DNA of 64,000 nucleotides. Source: Chloroflexota bacterium. Its GTDB lineage: Bacteria > Chloroflexota > UBA11872 > UBA12225. Below the pieces are notes generated by a model. That model ran no database searches. It was not told the origin of the DNA and saw only the letters and a list, made by a program, of their open reading frames with translations. The position numbers were made by a program, and so were the translations under genes. Of this stretch, positions 30,557-39,528 are shown one piece after another (the first letter of the stretch is position 1; every line of letters begins with the position of its first letter). The DNA lies in assembly GCA_030447525.1 (NCBI GenBank), contig JAUJOR010000013.1, positions 39,981-103,980 on the forward strand, written 5' to 3'.

Positions 30557-31393
30557 GGGATTGTCAAGGTAACTGGTTGGCGCGGGAGCGCGGGTGTGCC
30601 GTAGGACTCGGCGATGCACGAGCCGTCCGCCCTCTACAAACGTCATCGCTTTCCCAGGGAGCTCATCAGCCACGCGGTGTGGCTCTACTACCGCTTCCTC
30701 GTAAGCTACCGGGATGTCGAAGAGGCTGCTGGCCGAGCGCGGGATCGCCGTGAGCTATGAGACGATCCGGCAGTGGTGTCAGAAGTTCGGGCGGCCCTTC
30801 GCCGACGGGGTGCGCCGGCGCCGTCCCCGCCCCGGCGACAAGTGGCACCTGGATGAGGTGCAGCTCAAGATCAACGGCCGCAAGCACTGGCTGTGGCGGG
30901 CGGTCGACCAGGAGGGCGTCGTCCTTGACATCCTGGTGCAGGAGCGTCGCAATCAGGAGGCGGCCGAGACCTTCCTCCGGCGCGTGGTCGACGGGCACGG
31001 GTACCAGCCACGGGTCGTCATCACCGACAAACTGGCCAGCTACCCTCCTGCCCTGCGCGCGTGCTACCAGGAGTGGAGCACCGGCACAAGGGACTGAACA
31101 ATCGGGCGGAGAACTCCCACCGGCCCACCCGCCGACGAGAGCGAGCGCTCCAGCGCTTCAAATCACCGGCGCACGCCCAGCAGTTCCTCGCTCCCTTCGG
31201 CCCGATCTCCGACCACTTCCGCCCCCGCCGGCACCGCCTCCCTGCCCCCGAGTACCACCAGCTGCTGCAGACCCGCTTCGCCACGTGGCGTGAGGTCGCG
31301 GGCCTTCCGGCCGCCGCGTGAGCACCGGCGGGCCGGAAGGCCACGCCCTCAACGGCTACTCGCCGCCGCCAGCAGCGATAAGTTGACAATGCC
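30557..31393 (+). mobile_element. IS6-family insertion sequence (~0.84 kb)
   Basis: Imperfect terminal inverted repeats GGGATTGTCAAGGTAAC (left, from 30557) and GGCATTGTCAACTTATC (right, reverse complement ending at 31393). They resemble the IS6-family GGxxxTGTTGCAA ends. A single transposase gene lies inside. No matching 8-bp flanking duplication. Confidence 0.75.
30614..31321 (+). pseudogene. IS6-family DDE transposase with two frameshifts
   Basis: Three frame segments make up the gene. First: MHEPSALYKRHRFPRELISHAVWLYYRFLVSYRDVEE. Second: LLAERGIAVSYETIRQWCQKFG...WHLDEVQLKINGRKHWLWRAVDQEGVVLDILVQERRNQEAA...VVITDKLASYPPALRA. Third: VLPGVEHRHKGLNNRAENSHRPTRRRERALQRFKS. The frame changes are near 30735 and 31065. 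Confidence 0.8.
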
Positions 31394-31404
31394 AAGCTAG
31401 CCGT

Positions 31405-31426
31405 TATATTGACGTCTGTCAATATA
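31405..31426. repeat. AT-rich perfect inverted repeat TATATTGAC-GTCT-GTCAATATA
   Basis: Read directly. Begins 12 nt outside the IS6 right end. Confidence 0.9.
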
Positions 31427-31552
31427 CCAACGCGCGGCGATGGGAGATCGTGGGGTGGGCGCGGTGTGTTATAAGCCGGCCCATCGCTCCGCCACAGCAC
31501 TCAGGGAGGCCGAGAGAGACAGGTGATGCAGGAGAGGCAGGCAGAACCGGCA

Positions 31553-31880
31553 GGGGAGCAGATAACGAGGCACGTCGTCGGCGTGGCCGAGCGCCTGGCG
31601 CCCTACCGCAACGTCGTCGTGCAGCTGTGGAATGAGGTCTCCACCGAGTGGGAGGGCCTGCTCCGGGCCGTCAACGGGACCGACCCGCAGCGCCGCGTCA
31701 CCAGCTCCCCCGGCGTGGCCAACGTCCTCGGTAGCGACGAGCACAACGCCGCCATGGATCTACTCACGCCCCACACCGTGCGCCGCAGCGCGGAGCGCCC
31801 GTTCTGGGAGGTGGCCCCCGAGCAGGTGGCGTCGCTCATCGCGCGCTGGAACAAGCCGGTGATCGGGGGGACCGCTGCCG
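31553..31880 (+). pseudogene. Fragment of a clan GH-A-like hydrolase, paralogous to the gene at 39525..40661
   Basis: ...RLAPYRNVVVQLWNEVSTEW...DLLTPHT...ARWNKPVI parallels ...LQPFDNVIVNVVNEFNVGSW...DLVLFDWHGT...GSDKPLMNVEVFG of the full-length gene. It lacks the N-terminal ~130 aa and everything from the nucleophile region onward. Confidence 0.4.
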
Positions 31881-31925
31881 GCGGGGGCACCACCCTGGAG
31901 CAACGACCATCGCCGAGGGACAGCC

Positions 31926-33128
31926 GTGAGTGGACCGGGTGACATCAGTTCCCCGCGGTCACACTCCCCGCAGTACGCCCTGATTGCCGACGACTTGACC
32001 GGGGCGCTGGACGCCGGGGCCGGCTTTGCCCGCGCCGGCCTGCGGACGTCCCTCCCATTCTCTGGCCGTCCCGCCGACGCCGGCGAAGCCGACGTCATCC
32101 TGATCAACACGGAGACGCGTGAGCTGGACGCCCCCACGGCGCGGGGGGCCGCGGGGGCCGCGGCTGGGGCGCTGCGGGCGGCCGGTATCCCGCGCGTCTA
32201 CAAGAAGATCGATAGCGTCTTGCGTGGCCATCCGGGCCCGGAGCTGGCGGCCGTCCTGGAGGTCTACGGTGGCCGGGCCCTCGTTGCCCCGGCCTTTCCG
32301 GCGCAGGGGCGTACGACGGTAGACGGAATCCAGCGCCTGGGCGGGCAGCCGGTCACTGCCTACGGCGGCCGGGTGGCCGTCGCCCTGGGTGAGGCCGCCC
32401 CTTGGAGCGACGTGCGGGATGCCTCGACGGACGAGGATCTGGCGCGCCTGGCCGGCGGAGGGGCGGCGGGCGACCAGTATCGCGTCTGGTGCGGCGCGGC
32501 CGGGCTGGCGGCCCAGGCCCCCCGGGCGCTGGGCCTCATCGGGCGCGGCCTCCGGCCGCCGATCCGACCACGTGCCAAGCGCGTCCTGGTGATCGCCGGC
32601 ACCATCCACCCGGCTACCAGGGACCAGGTCGGCGTGCTGGTGGAGTCCGGCTGGCCCCATCTCCTCCTGCAGCACGAGACGGCCACAGATGCGACCGGAT
32701 CCGCACCGCTACGCCAGGCGCTCGCGCAGCTCCTCTCGCAACACGCCGGCGTTGTTGTATCGTTCTTCACCGGCTTCTCCGCTGCCGCTGGAACCACGGG
32801 TGGAACCATGCACGGGAAGAGCGGTGCCGCCGGGGGCGCGGCGCTCACGGCGTCTCCCTCTGCGGTGGTAGCGGCCCTCGCCGCCCTGGCCGGGACGCTC
32901 ACGCTGCAACCCGGCCTGGGGCTGGTCGTCACCGGGGGCGAGACGGCGCTGCACGTCTGCCGGGGCCTGGGAGCGACTGCCATCCACGTCACGGGCGAGG
33001 CAGCGCCGGGCATCCCTCTGGGGGTGCTGGCGTTGCCACACGGGGAGCTGGCCATCGCCACCAAGTCCGGCGGCTTCGGCGGGCCGGACGCCTTGCAGAC
33101 GGCGGCCGCCGCGCTACGAGAAGGATGA
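31926..33128 (+). CDS. Four-carbon acid-sugar kinase family protein (DUF1537; tetronate / threonate / erythronate kinase type)
   Basis: ALIADDLTGALDAG..., ...VYKKIDSVLRG..., ...VVTGGETA...ATKSGGFG. These are the characteristic N- and C-terminal domain motifs of the family. Confidence 0.85.
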   Translation: MSGPGDISSPRSHSPQYALIADDLTGALDAGAGFARAGLRTSLPFSGRPADAGEADVILINTETRELDAPTARGAAGAAAGALRAAGIPRVYKKIDSVLRGHPGPELAAVLEVYGGRALVAPAFPAQGRTTVDGIQRLGGQPVTAYGGRVAVALGEAAPWSDVRDASTDEDLARLAGGGAAGDQYRVWCGAAGLAAQAPRALGLIGRGLRPPIRPRAKRVLVIAGTIHPATRDQVGVLVESGWPHLLLQHETATDATGSAPLRQALAQLLSQHAGVVVSFFTGFSAAAGTTGGTMHGKSGAAGGAALTASPSAVVAALAALAGTLTLQPGLGLVVTGGETALHVCRGLGATAIHVTGEAAPGIPLGVLALPHGELAIATKSGGFGGPDALQTAAAALREG

Positions 33129-33201
33129 CGGCCCTGCGCCGCCACATGTGGGCTTGTCGAAGTCGGTCCTGGACGGCCGGGTCACGCACCGGGGGTGAAG
33201 A

Positions 33202-34182
33202 GTGAGCGCAGTGGGCACCGTCGCATGTCGCGTCCTCTACGCCGAGCCGCTACCGGAAGATCTTCAAGGCATCGTGGGGGAGGAGCTACCGGAAGAATGG
33301 CAGCTGGACGTCGTCCCGACGAGGGACCGAGAGGCCCTCTTGCAGCTGGCCGGTGGCGCCGACTTCCTCGTGGCCGCGACAACGCCGATCGATCGTGAGG
33401 TGCTCGCCGCCGCGCCAGGGCTGCGCCACGTGCAGCACCAGGGGGTGGGCTACGACAACATCGACGTGCCGGCCTGCCGGGAGCGCGGGATCAGCGTCTC
33501 GCTCACGCCGGAGGGAACTACCACCGGGGTGGCCGAGCACACCTTCCTGCTCATCCTGGCGCTGTACAAGAACCTGCGCCGGGCGGAGGCCCAGCTGCGC
33601 GCCGGGGGCTGGCCGGTGTGGGAGCTGCGCTCGCGCAGCTTCGAGCTCTCCGGCAAGACGCTGGGACTGATCGGCTTCGGGCGCATTGGGCAGGCGGTGG
33701 CCAGGCGCGCCGCCCCCTTTGAGGCGGACGTGCTGTATTACGATCCTTTCCCGCCCCCCCCAGAAGTGGAGCAGGCCCTCGGCGCCACTAGTCGGACGCT
33801 CGACGACCTCCTGCGGGAGGCCGATATCGTCAGCCTGCATCTCCCCCTGAGCGCCCAGACGCGCCACATCATCGGGGCGCGCGAGCTGAGGCTGATGAAG
33901 CCCAGCGCCATCCTGCTCAACACCGCCCGTGGCCCGCTGGTAGACGAGCCGGCGCTGGTGCATGCCCTTACCAGCGGGAAGATCGCCGGCGCCGGGCTCG
34001 ACGTCTTCGAGCAGGAGCCAGCGGCCGCGGACAACCCGCTCCTGGGCCTGGAGAATACAGTGGTCACGCCGCACATCTCCGCCGGAACGGCCGACGCCTT
34101 CCGCACCAAGATGCGCGCCGTGTTCGCCAATCTACGACGGGTGGCGCGGGGCGAGACGCCCATCAACCAGGTGCCGGGCTAG
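33202..34182 (+). CDS. D-isomer-specific 2-hydroxyacid dehydrogenase
   Basis: GKTLGLIGFGRIGQAVARRA NAD-binding site, ...LLNTARG..., ...VVTPHISAGT catalytic His region. Confidence 0.88.
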   Translation: MSAVGTVACRVLYAEPLPEDLQGIVGEELPEEWQLDVVPTRDREALLQLAGGADFLVAATTPIDREVLAAAPGLRHVQHQGVGYDNIDVPACRERGISVSLTPEGTTTGVAEHTFLLILALYKNLRRAEAQLRAGGWPVWELRSRSFELSGKTLGLIGFGRIGQAVARRAAPFEADVLYYDPFPPPPEVEQALGATSRTLDDLLREADIVSLHLPLSAQTRHIIGARELRLMKPSAILLNTARGPLVDEPALVHALTSGKIAGAGLDVFEQEPAAADNPLLGLENTVVTPHISAGTADAFRTKMRAVFANLRRVARGETPINQVPG

Positions 34183-34226
34183 ACCCAGGCTCTAGACCCA
34201 GGGCCGGGCGCAGGAGACGTACTCGG

Positions 34227-34400
34227 TCAGCGCTTGCCCAGGGATCGGGTGAGGGCCAGTAGTCCCACCAGGAGCACGACCGTCATCACCACCTGCACCA
34301 CCTGCGCGATCAAGGTCACGGCCTGTGCCACGGCCACCACCAGGGAGTCAGCTGCGGGCGCAGCCAGTGCCGTGGCGGTGGCGACGGCGTTGGGATCCAT
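34227..34400 (-). CDS. Hypothetical small hydrophobic protein
   Basis: 57-codon ORF MDPNAVATATALAAPAADSLVVAVAQAVTLIAQVVQVVMTVVLLVGLLALTRSLGKR with one clear transmembrane segment. No homology recognised. Confidence 0.3.
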   Translation of the reverse strand: MDPNAVATATALAAPAADSLVVAVAQAVTLIAQVVQVVMTVVLLVGLLALTRSLGKR

Positions 34401-34441
34401 AGGGTGGCCCCCAGGGTAGCACGGCCTGCCGCCGGCCGGCG

Positions 34442-35467
34442 TCAATCGCTGCCTGGCGCCCGGGCGCCGGCGAGCTGCGCCGCCAGCACCGTTGCCTGGA
34501 TCATCGAGATTGGGCGGGCGATCCCTTTCCCGGCGATGTCGAAGGCCGTGCCGTGATCAACGGAGGTCCGCACGAGAGGCAGCCCCAGGCTGACGTTCAC
34601 CCCCTCGTCAAAGCCGACCATCTTGATGGCGATGTGGCCCTGGTCATGGTACATCGCCACCACGCCGTCGAATTGCCCGCGGCTGGCGCGGGCGAAGATG
34701 GTGTCCGGGGGCCAGGGGCCGCTGAACTCCCAGCCCTGGGCCCGGGCCTGCTCCACCGCCGGGGCGATTACCTCCCGGTCCTGCCTCCCGAAGAGGCCCT
34801 GCTCCCCGGCGTGGGGATTGAGGCCGGCGACGGCGATCCGGGGGCGCTGCAGGCCCAGCCGGCAGAGCGTCTCCTGCGCCAGGCCGAACACCGTCGCCAG
34901 CCGGGCGGCGGTGACAAGACCCGGCACCCGCTCCAGGGCCACATGCGTTGTGACGTGAATGACGCGCAGGTTGCCGGTCACCAGCATCATGGCCGCCTCG
35001 CGCGACCCGGTCCGCTCGGCGAGCAGCTCGGTGTGGCCGGCGTAGTGGAACCCCGCGCTATTCATCGCCTCTTTGTTCAGGGGGGCGGTGACGATTCCGG
35101 CCACCTGGCCGCACATGGCCAGGTCGATGGCTCGCAGTACATAGGCCACGGCGGCGCGCCCGGCGATCGGCGAGACCTCCCCCAGGGGCAGGCGCTCGAC
35201 CGTTGCCCCCAGGGCCTCGTCCGGATCCATGACCCCGACCGCGCCGGTCTGGGAGGGTCTCTCGGCGGGGTGGGACACCGGGACGGTGCGGAGATCCACG
35301 CCACACAGCCTGAGGGCCCGATCCAGGACGGCGGCGCTTCCCACCACCAGCGGGCGGCAGACTGCACGCACCTCCGGCGCGGCCACTGCCCTGGCCACCA
35401 CCTCGGGGCCTATCCCCACGGGGTCGCCCATGGTCAAGGCCAGCACCGGCAGGCTCATGTCTTTCAC
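34442..35467 (-). CDS. pdxA: PdxA-family NAD-dependent 4-phospho-hydroxyacid dehydrogenase (PdxA2-type by context)
   Basis: LALTMGDPVGIGPEV, GHTELLAE, MYHDQGHIAIK, VRTSVDHGTAFDIAGKG. These are canonical PdxA motifs. Confidence 0.88.
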   Translation of the reverse strand: MKDMSLPVLALTMGDPVGIGPEVVARAVAAPEVRAVCRPLVVGSAAVLDRALRLCGVDLRTVPVSHPAERPSQTGAVGVMDPDEALGATVERLPLGEVSPIAGRAAVAYVLRAIDLAMCGQVAGIVTAPLNKEAMNSAGFHYAGHTELLAERTGSREAAMMLVTGNLRVIHVTTHVALERVPGLVTAARLATVFGLAQETLCRLGLQRPRIAVAGLNPHAGEQGLFGRQDREVIAPAVEQARAQGWEFSGPWPPDTIFARASRGQFDGVVAMYHDQGHIAIKMVGFDEGVNVSLGLPLVRTSVDHGTAFDIAGKGIARPISMIQATVLAAQLAGARAPGSD

Positions 35468-35491
35468 TCCAGATGACAGGATACCGTCCCG

Positions 35492-35592
35492 TCAGCCGTC
35501 TAGCCCCAGGAGTAGCGCCGTGCTGCCCGCCGCGGCCCTGCCGTCGAGTCCCCTGCTGCCGGTTCAGCCGTCTAGCCCCAGGAGTAGCGCCG
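35492..35592. repeat. Pair of identical 29-bp direct repeats
   Basis: TCAGCCGTCTAGCCCCAGGAGTAGCGCCG at 35492-35520 and again at 35564-35592. The second copy is the 3' end (PALLLGLDG-stop) of the gene at 35564..36409. Confidence 0.95.
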
Positions 35593-36409
35593 GATTGCGA
35601 CGGCACATGACGTCCAGCTCCGGCTCGCCAATGCCGGCCCCGGCCAGCTCGGTCATGTATTCCGCCAGGCCGTCCGGCCAGGTTGGATTCTCCGGCTGTC
35701 CCAGGTCGGAGGCGACGACGGTGCTTTCGGCGCTCAGGGCGCGGATGGCGGCTGCATTCGCCGGGGCGTTGCGCGTGTACCTTCCATCTGCCGGCTGGGC
35801 AAAGACCCGCTCCAGGAAGGCCCCCTGGGCGGCCAGCGTCCGCTGCTGATCGAGAGACAGCCCGGTGACGCTGTGCTCGCAGTGCTGCACCAGGATTCGC
35901 CGCACCCCCAGGGCTCGCGCCGCCGGCACCACCGCCATGACTTCGGCCGCGCTGATGTGGCCGGTGCATAGGAGCAGGTCGCGCGCGGCCACTACCTCCA
36001 GCACCGCGCCCAGGGCGGCCGAGATGTGACCCCGCGCGTCCAGCATGGCGATGCCGTCGTCCGAGCCGCGCGCGTCGGGAGCCCCGTGCTCGTGGCGCAG
36101 ATGATTGCCGGCCGAGTAGGTGGGGAGCCACACCGCCCGCCCGCCAAAGGCCACCGCTGCCTCCACGGCCTGGGGATTGAGCCCCCCGACGGAGGCGTTG
36201 AGCACCACTCCACCATAGATCGGCGCCCCGGGGAGATGCAGGCGGACGAGCGCCGCCCGGTCGGCGGTGGGGAGGAGGTGATTCTTGAGCAACACGCCGG
36301 CCATGCGCCGCTCCACGGCCGCGCGCGCCACGCCCAGGTCGTCGACGCTCCGCTGCCGGACGTCCGGTGCGGTATGCAGGTGCAGGTCGACGACCCCCTC
36401 TAGTTCCAC
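35564..36409 (-). CDS. TIM-barrel metal-dependent hydrolase-like protein (amidohydrolase-related, DUF-type)
   Basis: 281 aa. N-terminal VVDLHLHTAPD (HxH). Further His/Asp residues spaced as in amidohydrolase-like folds (...LLCTGHIS..., ...VQHCEH..., ...VVASDLG...). Confidence 0.55.
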   Translation of the reverse strand: MELEGVVDLHLHTAPDVRQRSVDDLGVARAAVERRMAGVLLKNHLLPTADRAALVRLHLPGAPIYGGVVLNASVGGLNPQAVEAAVAFGGRAVWLPTYSAGNHLRHEHGAPDARGSDDGIAMLDARGHISAALGAVLEVVAARDLLLCTGHISAAEVMAVVPAARALGVRRILVQHCEHSVTGLSLDQQRTLAAQGAFLERVFAQPADGRYTRNAPANAAAIRALSAESTVVASDLGQPENPTWPDGLAEYMTELAGAGIGEPELDVMCRRNPALLLGLDG

Positions 36410-36491
36410 ATCCCCTCCGCGATCGTTTCCGCACTGCCTTGCGCCCCCCGCCCCCCGCCGGTGGTGGGGGGACGCAGTGACGCCCCGGCAT

Positions 36492-36535
36492 GGTATCCTA
36501 CCCAGTGCTGTATACCGTATGCAGTTATGTGGTAC
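36492..36535. promoter_or_regulatory. AT-richer segment with GGTA..TACC-type palindromes (candidate GntR operator / divergent promoter region)
   Basis: GGTATCCTACC (36492-36502), GTATAC (36510-36515), GTGGTAC (36529-36535). Lies between the divergent hydrolase and GntR genes. Confidence 0.3.
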
Positions 36536-36564
36536 GCGGACGTCGTCAGGTCAGGTGACGCCAC

Positions 36565-37290
36565 GTGAACTCGGCCCTGCAGGGGCATTACGACCTCCCG
36601 CCCAGCGTGGCGAGCTTTGTCGCCGACGCCATCGAGGCTTCTATCCTCGACGGGAACATCGCCCCTGGGACTCCCTTGCTGCAGCTGGATCTAGCGGCCT
36701 CATTTGGCGTCTCGCGCGTCCCGGTACGTGATGCCCTGGCCATCCTGGAGCAGCGGCACCTCGCCGTCCGCGTCCCCCGCAAGGGCGTGATCGTCCGCCC
36801 GATCACGGCGCAGAGCGTGCGTGACGTCTTCGCCGCCCGGCGGGTGCTGGAAACGGAGATCACCCGCCTGGCCGGCCCCCGCATGTCACGCTCGGACGTG
36901 GCTGCGCTGGACGAGATCGTCGACCGGCAGCGCGGGGCCTCGCTGGCCGGCGACCTGGCGGCCACCCGCACCGCCGACCGCGAGTTCCACGCCACCGTCT
37001 GGCGCGCCTGCGGTAACCAGGTGCTGGAAGAGCTGGTGGAGACAGTGTGGCGGCGGGCGCTGCAGGCGCGAGGCTATGGCCACCGTACGCCCGGCTGGAG
37101 CGACAGGTCGATCGCCCGCCACGAGCGGATCGTGGCCGCGCTGCGGGACGGCGACACCCCGGCGGCCATCGCCGCCGCCGTGGCTGCGGTGGACGCCGCC
37201 GAGTCCGAGATCCTGGCGGCGCTGCCCGCCCGGCATCACAGCACCGAGAGTGGATCACGCGAGCGGCATGGTGACCAGTGCAACGCCTGA
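36565..37290 (+). CDS. GntR-family transcriptional regulator (FadR/FCD subfamily)
   Basis: Winged-helix region LAASFGVSRVPVRDALAILEQRHLAVRVPRKGVIV, followed by an all-helical FCD-like ligand domain. Confidence 0.9.
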   Translation: MNSALQGHYDLPPSVASFVADAIEASILDGNIAPGTPLLQLDLAASFGVSRVPVRDALAILEQRHLAVRVPRKGVIVRPITAQSVRDVFAARRVLETEITRLAGPRMSRSDVAALDEIVDRQRGASLAGDLAATRTADREFHATVWRACGNQVLEELVETVWRRALQARGYGHRTPGWSDRSIARHERIVAALRDGDTPAAIAAAVAAVDAAESEILAALPARHHSTESGSRERHGDQCNA

Positions 37291-38317
37291 GGCCCCCCGG
37301 TACATCGAAGACGGCCCCTGTCCCGGCGCCACCTGGGAGCAGCGATCGCCCCGGGACCTGGGCCTTGACCGCACGCAGCTCGAGGCCCTGGCGGGACACG
37401 TCCGGGGGCGGGGCTGCCTCGTCCGCGGCGGCTATCTGGCCTACACCTGGGGCGAGTACACGCAGAGCGGCGACCTGGCCTCGGCGCGCAAGCCGATCAT
37501 CAGCACGCTGCTGCTGATGGCGGTGCAAGACGGGCTGATCGGGAGTGTCGAAGACCCCATCGCCGAGTTCGCGCCCCGCCTCCGGGAGCTGAACGGAGGC
37601 AAGGACGCCGGGATCACCTGGCGTCATCTCGCCTCCCAGACCAGCGGCTATGGGTGGAGCGAGGCCCCGGGGGCAGCCTGGTCGTACAACGACTACGCCC
37701 TGGCCCTCTACTTCGACACCCTGTTCCACGGCGTCTTCAAGCAGGACGCCACCGCAGTGCTCCAGAGCCGGCTGGCCGTTCCGCTGCAGTTCGAAGTCCC
37801 GGCGCATTTCAACGCCCTCGCCGGCCGCGAGCGCCGCCCCGGGCGCATCGCCATGTCCCCGCGGGACAACGCCCGCTTTGGCCTGTTCTATCTCCGTGGC
37901 GGCGCCTGGCACGGCCGGCAGCTCCTGCGGCGCGACCTGATCGATCTCGCGCTGACCGGCGTTGTCCCTGCCGATCTATCGGCGACGGAGGGGATCGACA
38001 CCCCCATGCTGCCGGGGCAGCCGACGCACGGGGGCGGCAAGCGCACCAACGATCGCGGACCCGGCCAGTACAGCTTCAACTGGTGGCTCAACCTCCCGGA
38101 CCGGCACGGCAACTTGCTCTTCCCTGATGCCCCGACCGACGCCTACGTCGCCATCGGGCTGGGGATGACCCGCGGTCTGTGGGTGATCCCCAGCCTGGAT
38201 GTGGTGGTGTCTTGGCAGGGGGCCAGCTGGCCGGAGGATGACAAGGTCAATCCGGGCAAGATGGGCTCGGTGCACAACGTGGCCGCCCGCCTGATCGCCG
38301 CGGCTGTGCGTCGCTAG
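37268..38317 (+). CDS. Serine hydrolase of the beta-lactamase / transpeptidase-like fold
   Basis: 349 aa starting MVTSATPE. SxxK motif in GDLASARKPIISTLLLMAVQDG. Overlaps the GntR stop by 23 nt. Confidence 0.65.
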   Translation: MVTSATPEAPRYIEDGPCPGATWEQRSPRDLGLDRTQLEALAGHVRGRGCLVRGGYLAYTWGEYTQSGDLASARKPIISTLLLMAVQDGLIGSVEDPIAEFAPRLRELNGGKDAGITWRHLASQTSGYGWSEAPGAAWSYNDYALALYFDTLFHGVFKQDATAVLQSRLAVPLQFEVPAHFNALAGRERRPGRIAMSPRDNARFGLFYLRGGAWHGRQLLRRDLIDLALTGVVPADLSATEGIDTPMLPGQPTHGGGKRTNDRGPGQYSFNWWLNLPDRHGNLLFPDAPTDAYVAIGLGMTRGLWVIPSLDVVVSWQGASWPEDDKVNPGKMGSVHNVAARLIAAAVRR

Positions 38318-38454
38318 CGTTGCGCCGGTATGTCCGTACGGTGCCCCTTTCGGTGTGCTCTGGCCCCCCGCAGCGCGAAGGTACCGGCCGCCCTGGACGA
38401 CGCCCAGCGCGCCTCCCAGGAGCTGCTCAACCGCAAGGTGTAAAGGACGCCAGA

Positions 38455-39528
38455 GTGACGCAGTACCGTATTGCCCTCGTCCCCGGCGACAACATCGGCA
38501 AGGAAGTCACCGCCGAAGCCCAGAAGGTGCTGGCGGCCGCCGCCGGGAGGCGAGGTCTGACGCTGGAGTTCCAGGCCTTCCCCTGGGGGGCGCAGCACTA
38601 CCTGGATCACGGGCTGGTCATGCCGGAAGATGGCGTCGATCAGCTCCGTCCGTTCGACGCCATCTTCCTTGGCGCCATGGGCGATCCGCAACGCGTCCCG
38701 GACCGCATCCTCTCCTGGGGTTTCACCCACAAGGTGCGTCGCGCCTTCCGGCAGTACATTAACCTCCGTCCGGTGCGCCTGTGGCCCGGCGCGCGCTCGC
38801 CGCTGGCCGCCCCGGGCGTCATAGACATGGTGATCGTGCGTGAGAACGGTGAGGGGGAGTACAGCAACATCGGCGGCTCGCTGTATGCGGAGCAGGACGA
38901 GGAGCTGGCCATACAGACCAGCGTCTACACCCGCCAGGCCGTTACCCGGCTGATGCGCTACGCGTTCCACCTGGCGCGCGGGCGCCGCAAGCACCTGACC
39001 TCGATCAGCAAAGCGAACGCCCTACCGTACGGCATGGTGCTGTGGGACACCGTCTTTGAGCAGGTCTCGGCCGAGTTCCCGGACGTGCACACCCGCCGCC
39101 TGAACGTCGACGCGGCGGCCATGTTCTTGATCAACCGACCGGCAGACGTGGATGTGATCGTCGCCAGCAACCTCTTCGGCGATATCCTCTCCGACGAGGC
39201 TGCCGCCGTGGCTGGGGGCGTCGGGCTGGCCCCGGGAGGGAACATCAACCCGGAGGGCGAGCATCCCAGCATGTTCGAGCCCATCCACGGCTCGGCGCCG
39301 GACATCGCCGGCCAGGGGATCGCCAACCCGCTGGCGGCCATCCTCGCCGGGGCGATGCTCCTGCGCCACCTGGGCCAGGGCGCCGCCGGGGACGAGATCG
39401 AGAGGGCGGCGGGGGAGCTCCTGCGTCGGGGCGACGTGCGCACGCCAGACCTGGGTGGCACCAGCCGCACCGCCGAGGTAGGGGATGCCGTCTGCGCCAT
39501 GCTGGCGCGGGTGGAGGTGCCGGCGTGA
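38455..39528 (+). CDS. Tartrate dehydrogenase / 3-isopropylmalate dehydrogenase-family oxidative decarboxylase
   Basis: GTG start after AAGGA. IALVPGDNIGKEV, NLRPVR, VRENGEGEYS, and the family signature NLFGDILSDEAAAVAGGVGLAPG. Confidence 0.85.
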   Translation: MTQYRIALVPGDNIGKEVTAEAQKVLAAAAGRRGLTLEFQAFPWGAQHYLDHGLVMPEDGVDQLRPFDAIFLGAMGDPQRVPDRILSWGFTHKVRRAFRQYINLRPVRLWPGARSPLAAPGVIDMVIVRENGEGEYSNIGGSLYAEQDEELAIQTSVYTRQAVTRLMRYAFHLARGRRKHLTSISKANALPYGMVLWDTVFEQVSAEFPDVHTRRLNVDAAAMFLINRPADVDVIVASNLFGDILSDEAAAVAGGVGLAPGGNINPEGEHPSMFEPIHGSAPDIAGQGIANPLAAILAGAMLLRHLGQGAAGDEIERAAGELLRRGDVRTPDLGGTSRTAEVGDAVCAMLARVEVPA

